NCBI RefSeq assembly: GCF_004010195.1
Contig: NC_057718.1
Span: 42,422,901-42,486,900 of the forward strand
Length of the DNA: 64,000 nucleotides
DNA from: Chiloscyllium plagiosum
Lineage: Eukaryota
Direction: 5' to 3'
Under the pieces are notes generated by a model, which was not told the DNA's origin, did not search any database, and saw only the letters and a list, made by a program, of their open reading frames with translations. This document shows positions 49,783-62,012 of the stretch, piece after piece (position 1 is the first letter of the stretch; each line of letters starts with the position of its first letter). The translations under genes were made by a program, and so were the position numbers.

Positions 49783-50593
49783 TCACCTCAATCTTTTAAT
49801 GCTCTTAACTATGGTAAAACATATACTGTTCCACATTGGTTGTTCACTTTAGCACAACCCCATCATTGCTACCTTAAGTCAAAGAGACACCAATTTGAAA
49901 GTAATAACACATCTATTACCAAACGCCTTTGGACCATGTCTAGTATAATTCTCTGCCAAAGTTCTTTGTTACTGCTCCTCGTTTCTTATTGCTTCAACTT
50001 GGAATAATAAGAACTCATCCAACTACTTCGTTGCCTCCAGCACTCTCTTTAAATCACTTTTGCTTCCCTGTTCGTGTTTCAGCCCTAACACTAAGAATGA
50101 GAAGCTTATAGACTTTGTCACTGAGGTGGAAACCATGCATTCAGCCGCCTATGCTGCACCTGTATTTTCCTCTGGCTCACCAAGCCGCACCCCACCTCTC
50201 CTCATCTTAGCGTTGAAATTGCCTTTATCTCGTTTCTCTCTCATTTAGTCTAAGCTTTTATTCATCTTAGGAGACATGCCTCCTCCTCTCTCAATCCATT
50301 AAATAGCTGGACCATCTTTTCTTCTGTAATCCCATCAGATGCCTTAAATATCTGTCTCATCTGATGTATCTGTCTTGCTTTTGTATTGACCATCTTTGCC
50401 TGTCTCCTCAAATAATCCACCCAGGTGCCATTCATCATTGCTAACTATTGCTCTGTCTCCAACATTCACTTTCTCAGTATCTTGGGAAATAATTCTAAAA
50501 TAGAATATGGAGCTCTGTGTATACTGACAACACCAAGATTTACCTCAGCATCTCATTTGAGCCTTTTAGTGCTATTATATTGTCAGACTATCT

Positions 50594-51098
50594 CATAGAG
50601 TCATGGAGATGTACAGCATGGAAACAGATCCTTCGGTCCAACCCATCCATGCCGACCAGATATCCCAACCCAATCTAGTCCCACCTGCCAGCACCCAGCC
50701 TATATCCCTCCAAACCCTTCCAATTCATATACCCATCCAAATGCATCTTAAATGTTGCAGTTGTACCAGCCTCCTCTGGCAGCTCATTCCATAGCCGTAC
50801 CACACTCTGTGTGAAAAAGTTGCCCCTTAGGTCTCTCTTATATCTTTCCCCTCTCGCCCTAAACTTATGCCCTCTAGTTCTGGACTCCCTGACCCCAGGG
50901 AAAAGACTTTGCCTATCTACCCTATCCATACCCCTCATAATTTTGTAAACCTCTATAAGGTCACACCTCAGCCTCTGACGCTCCAGGGAAAACAGCCCCA
51001 GCCTGTTCAGCCTCTCCCTATAGCTCAAATCCTCCAACCCTGGCAACATCCTTGTAAATCTTTTCTGAACCCTTTCAAGTTTCACAACATCTTTCCTA
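50594..51098 (-). mobile_element. CR1 LINE 3' end
   Basis: ORF 50675-51112 (LERVQKRFTRMLPGL…NFFTQSVVRLWNELP) and a (CTATGA)-type tail. Confidence 0.92.
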
Positions 51099-51418
51099 TT
51101 TCTGATCTCCATAGCTATCTAACGGGCTGTTGCTCTGCTCTAAGCTTGCGCTAGCTGCTGTTCACCTAGTCCACAAATTCCTGAATGCCTCTTATTTATC
51201 ACATCCTGCCTTACGTGGTCAGATATCATGTTTGTCAGATATCATTTAGACAATTAACTGTGGTCATCTGATGTGCATATGCATATATTTCTTAGCAGGC
51301 GATACTAGATGATAATTTGGAGTATTTGCTGTATTTTCCTCCATTCTGCAACTCAGAAGTAATGGCATCCATTATTGCATCCTTGTTACAGTGTCAACTG
51401 AGATGCAACCCAATATTC

Positions 51419-51563
51419 TTAGATTAGATTAGATTAGATTAGATTACTTACAGTGTGGAAACAGGCCCTTCAGCCCAACAAGTCCACACCGACCTGCCGA
51501 AGCGCAACCCACCTAGACCCATTCCCCTACATTTACACCTTCACCTAACACTACCGGCAATTT
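51419..51563 (-). mobile_element. HE1 SINE 3' fragment with an (AGATT)5 tail
   Basis: Reverse complement of 18055-18187. Confidence 0.85.
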
Positions 51564-54409
51564 GATCATGAACACTCCTGTTCTCTATGTCCACATTGGT
51601 TGTGAATTTAATAATCCACACAAATTGGGGGCTATCAATTTTTTAAATCATGAATGTAGTGTGCATCTGACCTCTGACAGTCTTTTAATTTAAAAATCTC
51701 AAAAACTTGTTAGTCTTCTGTTTTATTATAGTGAATTTACGTATATCAATCCAGTTTATGGTGTGACAGAACTGCCTTTTTAACTCACTTATTCCACGTA
51801 TCCTAAAGATGAACTTGGCAAAGAGATTTGGAGCTTTATTATTTCATCTTCATGAAAAAAAACAGAATGCAGTTAGTTTGTTTTTAATTGCAATGGTTAA
51901 TTTAAAGTATAACCATTCTACAATAGATGTAATCCCTAAACAGGACAGTGATCTTTTTTGAATTGGACTCAATTTTACCAGGTCTCTCAAAAATGCACGT
52001 TAAATTTAAGCTATTTATAAAAACAAGACTAATGAAGGGTATTGTGTCTGAAAGTATAAGCTGTCATGAATACGATTGGCAGATTTGACCTATTCACAGA
52101 AACATGTAGAGCTAACATACTTAGAAATTGATTCGTTACCACTCAGTAACTTGCAGTTTGTAATGTTTACTGGTTATCGCTCTTCATCAAAAAGTTATCA
52201 GCCTTTCTATGCAGCAGTCAAATATTCTGTGTGTGGTATGGCAGAAGATGGCTGGAGGTTGCTTGGAATACAGATAACATGTTGACATGTTTGGACCAAT
52301 TTACAGTGTTGAAACACCTGAGCTTGTGGTTAGAAATATGGGGGAATAGTGACCCTTTGGCAGCAGGCCTCATCCATCCAGCCCAGGCAGGAGGCACACC
52401 ACAATGGTAATTACTTCAGAAGTACTATTTTGACAACACAGAAATGTGTAAGTAATCATTTTCCCCCTGCACAGATGAGATGTCACCTGGAGAGCTGAGG
52501 AGTATGATCGTGTTTATGGTTCAGCATGTGACCTAATTCTAGTTTGATTTAGAACACAGAAGTCAGCAGGATTTTTCATTAACTTTTAGGCAAGAAAACA
52601 ACATTTCAAAAGTAGATGGACAACATTTAAGCTATGTTAGATGTGATAGTTGGGGGAAATACGGAAACATATCAAATACTTGGCCCAATTCTTAGCCTTT
52701 TCACAGACGTACCAGTACTTTGGAATGTACCTTAGTTTAGTTTTATATATTTTACTTCCTTGACATTTGTACAAATGAAATGAAACCTCAGTCCTATGCA
52801 GTCCAATTAACACTAAACTATTCCAGACTTGTATGAGAAATATAGTTTAAAAGTGTCTGAGATACAATTACTTACAGGTACTTCAGGAGTAAAAAATAAA
52901 TCCACATTCTAAGGGTTGAACCATTAGAAACTTTTATTCTCTTTTGGTTTTTAGTAAAATGATGCTCTGAAAATGTAATTTATTTTAATTTAATCTTTTA
53001 TGTCACTGGATATTTTGAAAATTGATATTCAAAGTTAAATAAGTTAATTTTGTAATAAAGTCTTCAAAAAAATCCCATCAGGAAATTGCTATCCTCCCAT
53101 TTTAAATTGCTGCAGGATAAGGCTGCAAGTTGATATGATTCCATGGGTACGATTATGGATTACAATGAATGCTGAAGTAGAACTAGATCAGTTCCTGTCA
53201 AAGTATTAAGAATTAGGATACTCATCATTTGGAGATATTTTGCACTAGATACATTTTTTTTCTGTATTTTGAATATTTATCTTCATATTCCAGTGGCCTA
53301 CACATTCCCTGACTAAAAGCCAACAATCATAGCTACCTCTGAATCATTTTGACTTTTGGATAGTTGGTGGGCTGGGGTCGGTTTAGCTCAGTTAGCTGGG
53401 CAACTTGTTCGTGAAGCAGTATGATGCCAACAGTTTGTGTTCAACATGTAGGTCTAACACGTGCTAATGCTCTTCGGCTGAAATAATGCCTGGTGATTTA
53501 GACATTTTATGAAACACAATGTCATTGCTGCAGGTCTAAATTACACATGAATGAACTTTGGTGATAGTGGGAGCTCTATTACTGGATGCAAGCATTTAGA
53601 GACATTCATTTGAATGTATATCTTAAATATGTAATTAAAAATTGAGGTGCCCACAATCCATGTTCTACAATGTTGGTGTTGTTTAAGTTGATTACAATGA
53701 TAAAGTATACATCAAGTTTCCTCTATAACAATATAACATTAGAGAACTGCTAACTTGTTAAGGTACAGAAGAAGGCTCTTTTGGTTGATTATGTCTGCTC
53801 TGGCATATCCTTAATTGTCTTTTTGCCTTACAAGTGGACACAAAATAAAGGTACTTTGTGTGAATACCTAAAGGTAATTTTAAAGAGACGGTTGACAATG
53901 TTTTGTAAAACTTGAGTTGAGGAAACTTTAAGTTTTCTGCAATGAAATTGATTTCCTTTGCCTATGTGTGCTACCAAAAGTAATGACATTTAAGAGATAA
54001 TTATATTTCTTGAAGAAACGTTTACTTTTGAGAATTTGCATTTAGTTTTTGTCTGATTTTGAGTAACATTCTACCTGGATCAAGCTGAATAGCACAGCGG
54101 AAGGTAAAAGAGAGAAACGTTTGGTGGAAGCAAAAGATGAAATGCATCAATTGTGTCAGCACTTTGCTGCAGCCACATCTTGCTTACTGTCAAGTCTCCC
54201 ATTAGATTCCTGTGGTTTTATGTGGCAAAAATAATACGCTGTGTAATTAATGCAATCATGTTATTTGCAGTTTGGTTTTAACAAGAAGTCTTATTTTGCT
54301 TAGATCTTTGTCAGGCTTAACTTCCATCTGACTGCTGCCTTGTCTGTTTAAAATTTTACGATTCAGAGATCAATTGTTTTGTTTTGATCTATTCTTTTTC
54401 TTATTACAG

Positions 54410-54471
54410 TGAATCCAGCAGCCTCAGCAGTAGTGATGCTGGCTTGTTTACTAATGATGAAGGAAGACAAG
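54410..54471 (+). CDS. GPATCH2: GPATCH2 coding exon 3 ([20 protein letters not shown]), 62 nt; later exons including the G-patch lie beyond the window
   Basis: Acceptor TTTTTCTTATTACAG|, donor G|GTACTG. Near-identical to the recalled human [22 protein letters not shown]. Confidence 0.95.
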
Positions 54472-54770
54472 GTACTGATACTTTTATTTCCCTCTTCAAT
54501 GCAATAGCATTAAATTGCAATTTTGCCTTTAGTAATATGATATCCAGTCTTAGAACTGACCTTTTCTTTTTAAGCCTACCTGTTAAAATAATCTGGGATT
54601 AAATAATTTTCCTCAAATTTTGGCTAGGAGAGAAAAAGAGCATGAAGTGGTCGGATTCAAATTGGTGTAATGTTAAATGTGTGGGTGTTGCTTGTTTTAT
54701 TTGTTTTTCAGTTCCTTGTTTTCCACTGGGAGAGAAGTTTACAAATAAATACCTTTCTAAAAAAAAGAGA

Positions 54771-54880
54771 AGTTGTTGGAAAAGCTCAGCAGGTCTGACA
54801 GCATCTGTGAAAGCAGACCTGCTGGGCTTTTCCAGCAACTTTTGTTTTTATTTCTGATTTACAGCATCTGCAGTTCTTTG
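54771..54880. repeat. Old PLE-derived inverted repeat
   Basis: 27-bp arms at 54771-54797 and 54814-54840. Related fragments at 29740-29885 and 63400-63470. Confidence 0.65.
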
Positions 54881-56969
54881 GGTGTTTACCTTTGAAGTGT
54901 ATCTTTTGATTGTCCAACGTTCTCAACAGTGACCAGCAATAGCTAATTTAATAAAGATTCAAGTCTTGGGCATAGAATATCTTATTATTAGATTTTTTTT
55001 CTCCCACTCCTCCCTCCCTCCCTCCACTTTTTTTTCCTTCCATGAAGTTGGCACTGTGACACTGTCTTCCATCTTTTCCAAATTCAGAATCATTTTGCCA
55101 GGTAATATATTTATCTACTGACATGGATGCACACTGATGCAATGAAATATTCTGCTAGATGTTACACAAGCAAGATATTTAGATCTAATGACTCAGCCCA
55201 AAAAGGTTTCTGCATCTAATACCAAGCTGCTGTATAATGTAAGATGCAACATTTTACAGTGTGTTTGCTCCCCTCCCTTTATTTCACAATTGTGAAAAAA
55301 TGTTGGTAAATACTTTAAGGCTGGTTTTTGAATGACTTCTATATAAACATTATGAGAAAGGGCAGGGTAGTCATGGAGGAAAGCTGGACTAATTGAAGTC
55401 CACTGTTTTCTAGGAGAGGGGAAATCGGAGGGCCAGCCGCCCAGGCCACTCTTGGCACACCTCATCACCGTTTGGCAGCATTGACTGGGGTAGGTGCTTA
55501 GTGTGAAGAGACTCCCTAAGAGGAAATAGATGAGACAAATGCCCCTTTCTCTTTGTAAAACAAAAGGACTGCATAGAAGATAAATAGCAAGTCACCAAGA
55601 AAGATCATGCCTACTTTGTGATGATTTTCTCATGTACCTGTAACCATAGGATAAATTGTGGAATCCTGTTTGCACAAAATGGAAAACTGCTTCTGGACAA
55701 AATGTATCTTTCGTATGTAATGACCACACTAATTGCAATCCTCTCACCCCATAGTTTCTTTGTGTGGTTGGCTGCTTTAGAAGGATATGTGTGAGGTGAA
55801 GTAATGTGGGAGGGGGGGGTGCTTACATAAAGCTAGTCTTGCTTCACTGAATGGACTGTTTCTGTGATGCAAACAATGAAATTCTATGTATCCTATAATT
55901 GCATCATATATTTCCAAGGTTACATACCACGTATTAGAAGACAGATGAGATTTTAAAGCACTTTCACCTTTGTACCATTATGCAGGTGCTGTTTCTGTAA
56001 TATCATGAGGACTCTTTGCTGTAAATTGATCCACTATGTCATAGTTGCAATGGACCAATATTAGGTTCAAATTACAGATCAATCATATTGTTGAACTCTG
56101 TGATTGTGAGGCCTACTTACTGCCTCATACCCTCCCAATTTAATGCCTGGGTAGATCTTTCTGTAAGATGGTTTGTCTTGTGAAGATGATAATCCTTCAT
56201 CACCTTGTAAAGTTTTGATGTAAAAATATTAATTAGCTGTTTTCATATGGCATCATATTAATTGTGTTGAATGGATAGTTCAAAATCTCTATTTTTATGC
56301 TCAATATATTGATACCTGCTGGATAATCTAATGCCTTCCTCGCAGACATTTCAGATACATATCATGTGCAAGTATTTACTGTCAGTTTTTCCAATGAAAT
56401 TCTTATATTTCCACATTTCATATGGAAAATGATTTTTTTAAATGTCACATCATAATTATTACCCTGCTACCAGTTTTTCATCTCCCAGTCAACCCAGTTT
56501 ACAAAATAACTCCTGTTTTGAACAACGCTACTTCTTTGCTTTCCAAATTGGCAGTTTGCTATTTAATTGTACATCTAATCAAAGCATTATATGAAATGAA
56601 AATCGAAGTCCATTTCTTCAATATTAAATACATCTGTTTACCTTAATTGTATTTTCTTCATCCTCTATATATTCATTTCACCTGAAAAATACTGGACTCC
56701 CTGTGTACAACAACACAGGATATTAAAAGTTTTGAATACACTCCACTATATCTTGAATATTGCATTCATGCCCCACAACCTGTGTACCATCTATACTTTT
56801 ATGTGTAATGTTTACACATTGTGACACTCTTGCATATATACAAATTAAGATACAGGTAGAGACTATATTCAAGCATGATGTACAATAGAGAGCACAAGCC
56901 TGTGACTGTATTACTTTTATGTTTGAACTGAAAACAACTATGAGCAAACATGGAAGTTGAGATATAGGA

Positions 56970-57757
56970 TGTATGAGTGTTACATATATATTTGAGTTTG
57001 GATATTGAACTAGTGGCTTGTGAATTTGGTCTGTGTGTATGAGTGTGTTTAATGAATAGTTTGTTAATAATGATGCCTTTTTTAAAAAAAGCAGTATGGG
57101 AGAGAAAATTCCTGGGGTGATGGAAATTTATTTGTATTGGAAGAGTTATACGAGTAAACCCAAGTAAACATTGAGGAGTATTAACTTACTTCACTTTAAG
57201 AAGATTGGAATTTCTTTTTGCTTAGGAGAGGAGAAAAAAACATAGCTCTTGGCTTCAGTTCAGAAGCTGTTGTTGAAGTTAGATGCATAATGTAATGAGT
57301 TAGTTGGAACTTTTAAGAAATAAGTAAATTAGTGTAAGGGTTTTATTGTGAAGGTTCCTGACCAGAAGTGTTTGGTTAGAACTCTTAAGAAGTTATTTAA
57401 AGCTGAGAATGTCTAAGCTCAGTTATGTAACTAGTCAAGGAAGTGGCTATCAAACTTTCAAGACAGGAATTGAAGTTGGTTGTTTGATGTTATTTGGATA
57501 GATCAGATTGTATTTTTTATGGTGTGCTTTGGAATCTTTGAAAATGTGCAGTATGTAAATATCTTAGTTTATTTTATCTTCTGTTCCTTTGCGTAATAAA
57601 TTTCTCTGTTATTCTTACAGCCAACTCCACAGTATTGTGTGCTTGTGTTTCAGTAAAAGCCCATCTCTCTCAATGCTTAAAAAAAGCAAAATATTGTCCA
57701 TCAAACTAGATTTCAGTGCAGGATTAGGCTTGATCTTATATCAGCTGGGATCATACA
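56970..57757 (+). mobile_element. Possible solo LTR (about 790 bp)
   Basis: Termini TGTATGA…TCATACA (7-bp inverted repeat) and AATAAA at 57595. No convincing TSD. Confidence 0.35.
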
Positions 57758-57857
57758 AAGTGCTGGAAATAGAAGCAACCTTTTGTCAGAGGTAGGAAAT
57801 TAGTTTGAAGATGGTACTCACAAGAGAAGTGATAATGTGCATGTGGTGGCATGTGAC

Positions 57858-58195
57858 TAGAATTGTAGAATCCCTACAGTGTGGAAACAGGCCTTTCAGC
57901 CCAAGAAGTCCACAGCGACCCTCCAAAGAGTAACCTACCCAGACCCATTCCCCTACATTTACCTCAGATTAACGCACCTAACCTATACATACTGAACAGA
58001 TGGGCAATTTAGCATGGCCAATTCACCTAACCTGCACATTTTTCGATAGTGGGAGGAAACCGGAGCACCTGGAGGAAACTGATGCAAACACGGAGAGGAT
58101 GTGCAAACTCCACACCAGCAGTCGCCCGAGGCACGAATTAAACCCGAGTCCCTCGTGCTGAGGCAACAGTGCTAACCACTGGGCTATCATGCCAC
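57858..58195 (-). mobile_element. HE1-type SINE
   Basis: Core and head match 8443-8630; CR1-like tail. Confidence 0.85.
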
Positions 58196-59539
58196 TACAT
58201 CATTAGTTAAATGTACCAAAGATCTGTATTCAACTTTTCACTATCTTTATTAGTGACTTTAAGAGAGTCTATATCCAAGTTTTTATTGGCATTAAATGAC
58301 ATTTGAAGATATACAAATGGAAGGAGAAAGTTGCAAAGGGATACTGATAGATTTAATGAATGGGCAAAATCAGCATAAGGAACAATATGGGACAAGATGT
58401 TACCATTTGAGTCTAAGGAAGATGTATCAGGGTATTTTATTTATTAGAAGGGTTGAAGATTTTAGAAGAGCAGTTGGAATTCAGGGAGTCCTTTTATAGA
58501 AGTTACAAAAATTATTGGGCAGGTGTAATAAATTAATGAAAAGACTTGATTTTAGGGGTTTGTGATCATGGTTACTTATATAGGCCATCGATTTGCAATT
58601 AATTTTCTGATAGTTTATTGAGTTTGTTAAGAAACAGCAGTTTAGTTATGATCTTAGTTAGTTAGACAAAGAAAGTATACAACCATGACAACTGGGGGTG
58701 GTTCACTGATACTAATGGGCAAACAGGCTGTCAGTACAAAATATTTTGGTCTTGTTAAATTTGTGGGGACAATTAGGGAATTCTTTCTGAGGTCTTCCTC
58801 CTGTCCTTCTGGTCCATCTTCCATCTGTCTGTTGAGGATTGCTCAATGAAGATTGTTTAAAAAAAACTTCCCTTTGCTATGGCATGGTTACTTCAGCCTG
58901 GAAGTGGCCTGCTGTATTCTTGGTCCCTGTGCAGATCCTCCAGCACAGATCTGACCTAACTCTGGCATGTTTACTCCAGCAGGGAATGTAGTTCGTGACT
59001 TCTCTTCACCCTTCTGTGGCTTTATCAACGCAGATTTGGCGTCCCTAACTTCCTGGCTCCAGCACAGCTATTTCAGCATGGAATTGGCCTAACCCCTAGA
59101 AGCTTCTCCCAGTGCTCCCTGTCCTATGTACTCTGCTCTGAACCTGGCACTTATTTTTATATCATATTTGACATGGCGCAGTTTACCTGCCCCTGTAATC
59201 AGTTGTTTGACCTTTTGGCCATAGGCAATTGACAGCCATTCACGGTGATGGATAGTCATCATTCTCTTGCCTGCCTTCATATGAGGGTTAGTTCTCATTC
59301 TTCTGAAAAGAAATAACTCTTATTTTCAGAAACAGTGTACTGTTAATATGGTACATTTGGCACTAAATAAATTGTTGCTTTTTTAATGTGCATTGTGACC
59401 TCTGTTTCTCATAATGCTTCCCTTTACTTTAATATGCTAAAATTTTGCTCAGCTGTGTACTGCTGTAATAGCTCTTAAATGAAATATCATGATACACAGT
59501 AAATAGAAGGAAAAATTCAGTATTTAAAGCACCCCAATG

Positions 59540-59895
59540 ATCACCAAGGTCTAACGAACATTGACCTTACCCCGAAGCAGATAGAATACAGAAGGATGGA
59601 AGTTTCACTGTAGTTGTATAAAGCTTTGGCTCAACTATATCATGAGTGCTTCAATTCTAGGCACTGCAGTTGAGAAAAGAATATAAGCATTTGAACGGAG
59701 CACAGATTCACAAGAATAATGCCAAGGTTAAATATTTAATTATGAGGACAGGTTACCTAAACTCGTCTTGTATTCTCTCGAGCATACAAGATTTAGTGGT
59801 GATTTAATTGAGGCATTTAAGATGATGAATGGAGTTAGAGATGAAGACACACTATTTTCTCTGGTAGAGAATTGAGAACAAGGAGACATAAAATT
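59540..59895 (+). mobile_element. Old CR1 3' fragment
   Basis: Degenerate IEYR…LYKAL…RFTR…GDLIE pattern. Confidence 0.55.
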
Positions 59896-60314
59896 ACATC
59901 TGCCAGGAAGCACTCTTTACCACTGCCAATGGTATTAATCCAACTATGTGAGAGTGGCTGCTATGTGGTAAGCATGACAATAAAACCTAAGCAGAGTTGT
60001 TTGCTAAGTTTCTGGAATGAGTCCCTTATTCAATGGCGCTTAGTACCTGATTAAGGGTACAACATCAGGGAGGGAGAGACTGCTGAGAGGTACCTCTGTA
60101 ATGACTCATTGAATGACTGCTAGAAATCGAGCCCAATTATTCTACAAGGTGGATTAAAAATCCTATTCAATCACATGGTAAATGGTAAATTTGTTTGTCT
60201 TTATTACTGAAAACTAAAACAGAAGAGACGTTCACCCGGCCTTCTAATAAACTCATAAGTGACATGTTTATTATAGGCAAACTTGTTCTAAAGCGAGTGA
60301 TGCAAATTAAACTA

Positions 60315-61088
60315 CACCTTTGGTGCTATGTCCAGTATTGTTTTTCATTTACATCAATGATTTAGATGAGAATTTAGGAGGCATGTTGGCAACTGAAGTT
60401 TCTGGATGATGCCAAAATTAGTGCTATAGTTGACCGTGAAGAAAGCTATCTTACTTAACAAAGGGATCTTGGATCAATTAGGCCAATGTGTTGAGGAGTG
60501 GCAAGTTGAGTTTAATTTAGATAAATGCAATTTTGCATTTTGGTAAAATGAACAAAGACAGGACTTATACAGTTAATGGTAGGGCCCTGAGTAGCATTGT
60601 CGAGCAGAGGCACCAAGGGGGTCAGGTACATAGTTCTTAACAAATTACATCACAGGTAGACAGGGTAGTTAAGAAGGCATTTAGCATGCTTGTCTTTGTT
60701 GCTCAGACCATTGAGTACAGGAGTTGGGATTTTATGTTGAGATTGTAGAAGACGTTGGTGAGGCCTCTTCTGGATTATTGTGTGCAGTTCTGGTCGTCCT
60801 TCTATAGGAAGCGTGTAGTTAGGTTGGGGAAGGTGCAGAAAAGATTTACCAGGATGTCGCTGGGACTGGAGGGTTTGAGTTGTAGGATGAGGCTGGATAG
60901 GCTGTGACATTTTTCACTGGAACGTAGGAGATTGAGGGGTGGCAGTATAGAGGTTTATAAAATCATGAGGGGCATAGATAAGGTGAATAGAAAGGTCTTT
61001 TCCCTAGTTTGGGGGACTTAAAAAGTATTGTTAAGATGAGAGGAGAAAGATTTAAAAGAGACTTGTGGGACAACTTTTCATACAGGAT
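60315..61088 (+). mobile_element. CR1 RT/3' fragment
   Basis: YINDLDE, DDAK, YCVQFWS…RK…VQKRFTRM motifs. Confidence 0.8.
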
Positions 61089-61091
61089 GCT

Positions 61092-61385
61092 TTGTCCATT
61101 GCACCCTGTGTGGTCTCTTCTACATCGGGGAGACAGGGCGCCTTCTTGCGATCGTTTCAGAGAACATCTCTGGGACACCTGCACCCGCCAACCCCACCGC
61201 CCTGTGGCTGAACACTTTAGCTCCCCCTCCCACTCCATCAAGGACATGCAGGTCCTGGGCTGCCTCCACTGCCAAACCATTACCATCTGACGCCTGGAGG
61301 AGGAACGCCTCATATTCCACCTTGGGACCCTGCAACCACACTGAATAAAAGTGGATTTCATCAGCTTCCTTTTTTCCCTTCATCC
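61092..61385 (+). mobile_element. PLE family A GIY-YIG fragment fused to the preceding CR1
   Basis: CGLFYIGETGR…FREHLWD…VAEHFSSPSH, homologous to 11930-12170. Confidence 0.85.
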
Positions 61386-61879
61386 ACATTAGACCAATCC
61401 TAAGCCTCCAACTAAATCCCCCATAAACAGTCATCAGTAAATACCACACTGCTACAGCACTTTCTTAGCTAAATTCACGGTGTTCTTAATAGTGCAGATG
61501 CCAAGGAGATTCATTTATTTGATTCCTTTAATAAACCTTATTAAATGCTGTGGCCGGCTCTGGCAGATAGTCATAGAATTGTCCAATTCACCGTCACTGT
61601 TCGAATCCTACCTTCAACATTTTAGCCCGGTTTTATTAATGCTCTTGCATGCACCTAGCTCCTTGTGAATTTGTTTTTCCTGTTCTTCTCTCAACCATCC
61701 CCCGATACATCTTTCCTTTATACCTCCATTTTGTCTGCAGACTATGTGCCCTTTGTATGGTAACTTCCTTCTAGTTGGTACTGCTTCCAAGGTTATCGTG
61801 GCGCAGCAATTGTTATTCGAGAAAATAACAATTTCTCCCTTTTCAGTTGATGCAAATTCTTAAGAGTCCTTTTTACTTA

Positions 61880-62012
61880 TACTCCACAACCACCTGATGA
61901 AGGAGCAGCGCTCCGAAAGCTAGTGCTTCCAAATAAATCTGTTGGAGTTTAACCTGGTGTTGTGATTTTTAACTTTATACACCCCAGTCCAACACTGGCA
62001 TCTTCAAATCAT
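61880..62012 (+). mobile_element. PLE family C terminal repeat
   Basis: Homologous to 37322-37452, 6339-6477 and 28683-28765. Confidence 0.8.
61891..61925 (+). ncRNA. Apparently intact minimal type-I hammerhead ribozyme motif
   Basis: CAC-CTGATGA-A-GGAGC AGC GCTCC-GAA-AGCT-A-GTG. Stem I CAC/GTG, complete core, 5-bp stem II, palindromic AGCT stem III, UA cleavage site. Confidence 0.75.
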
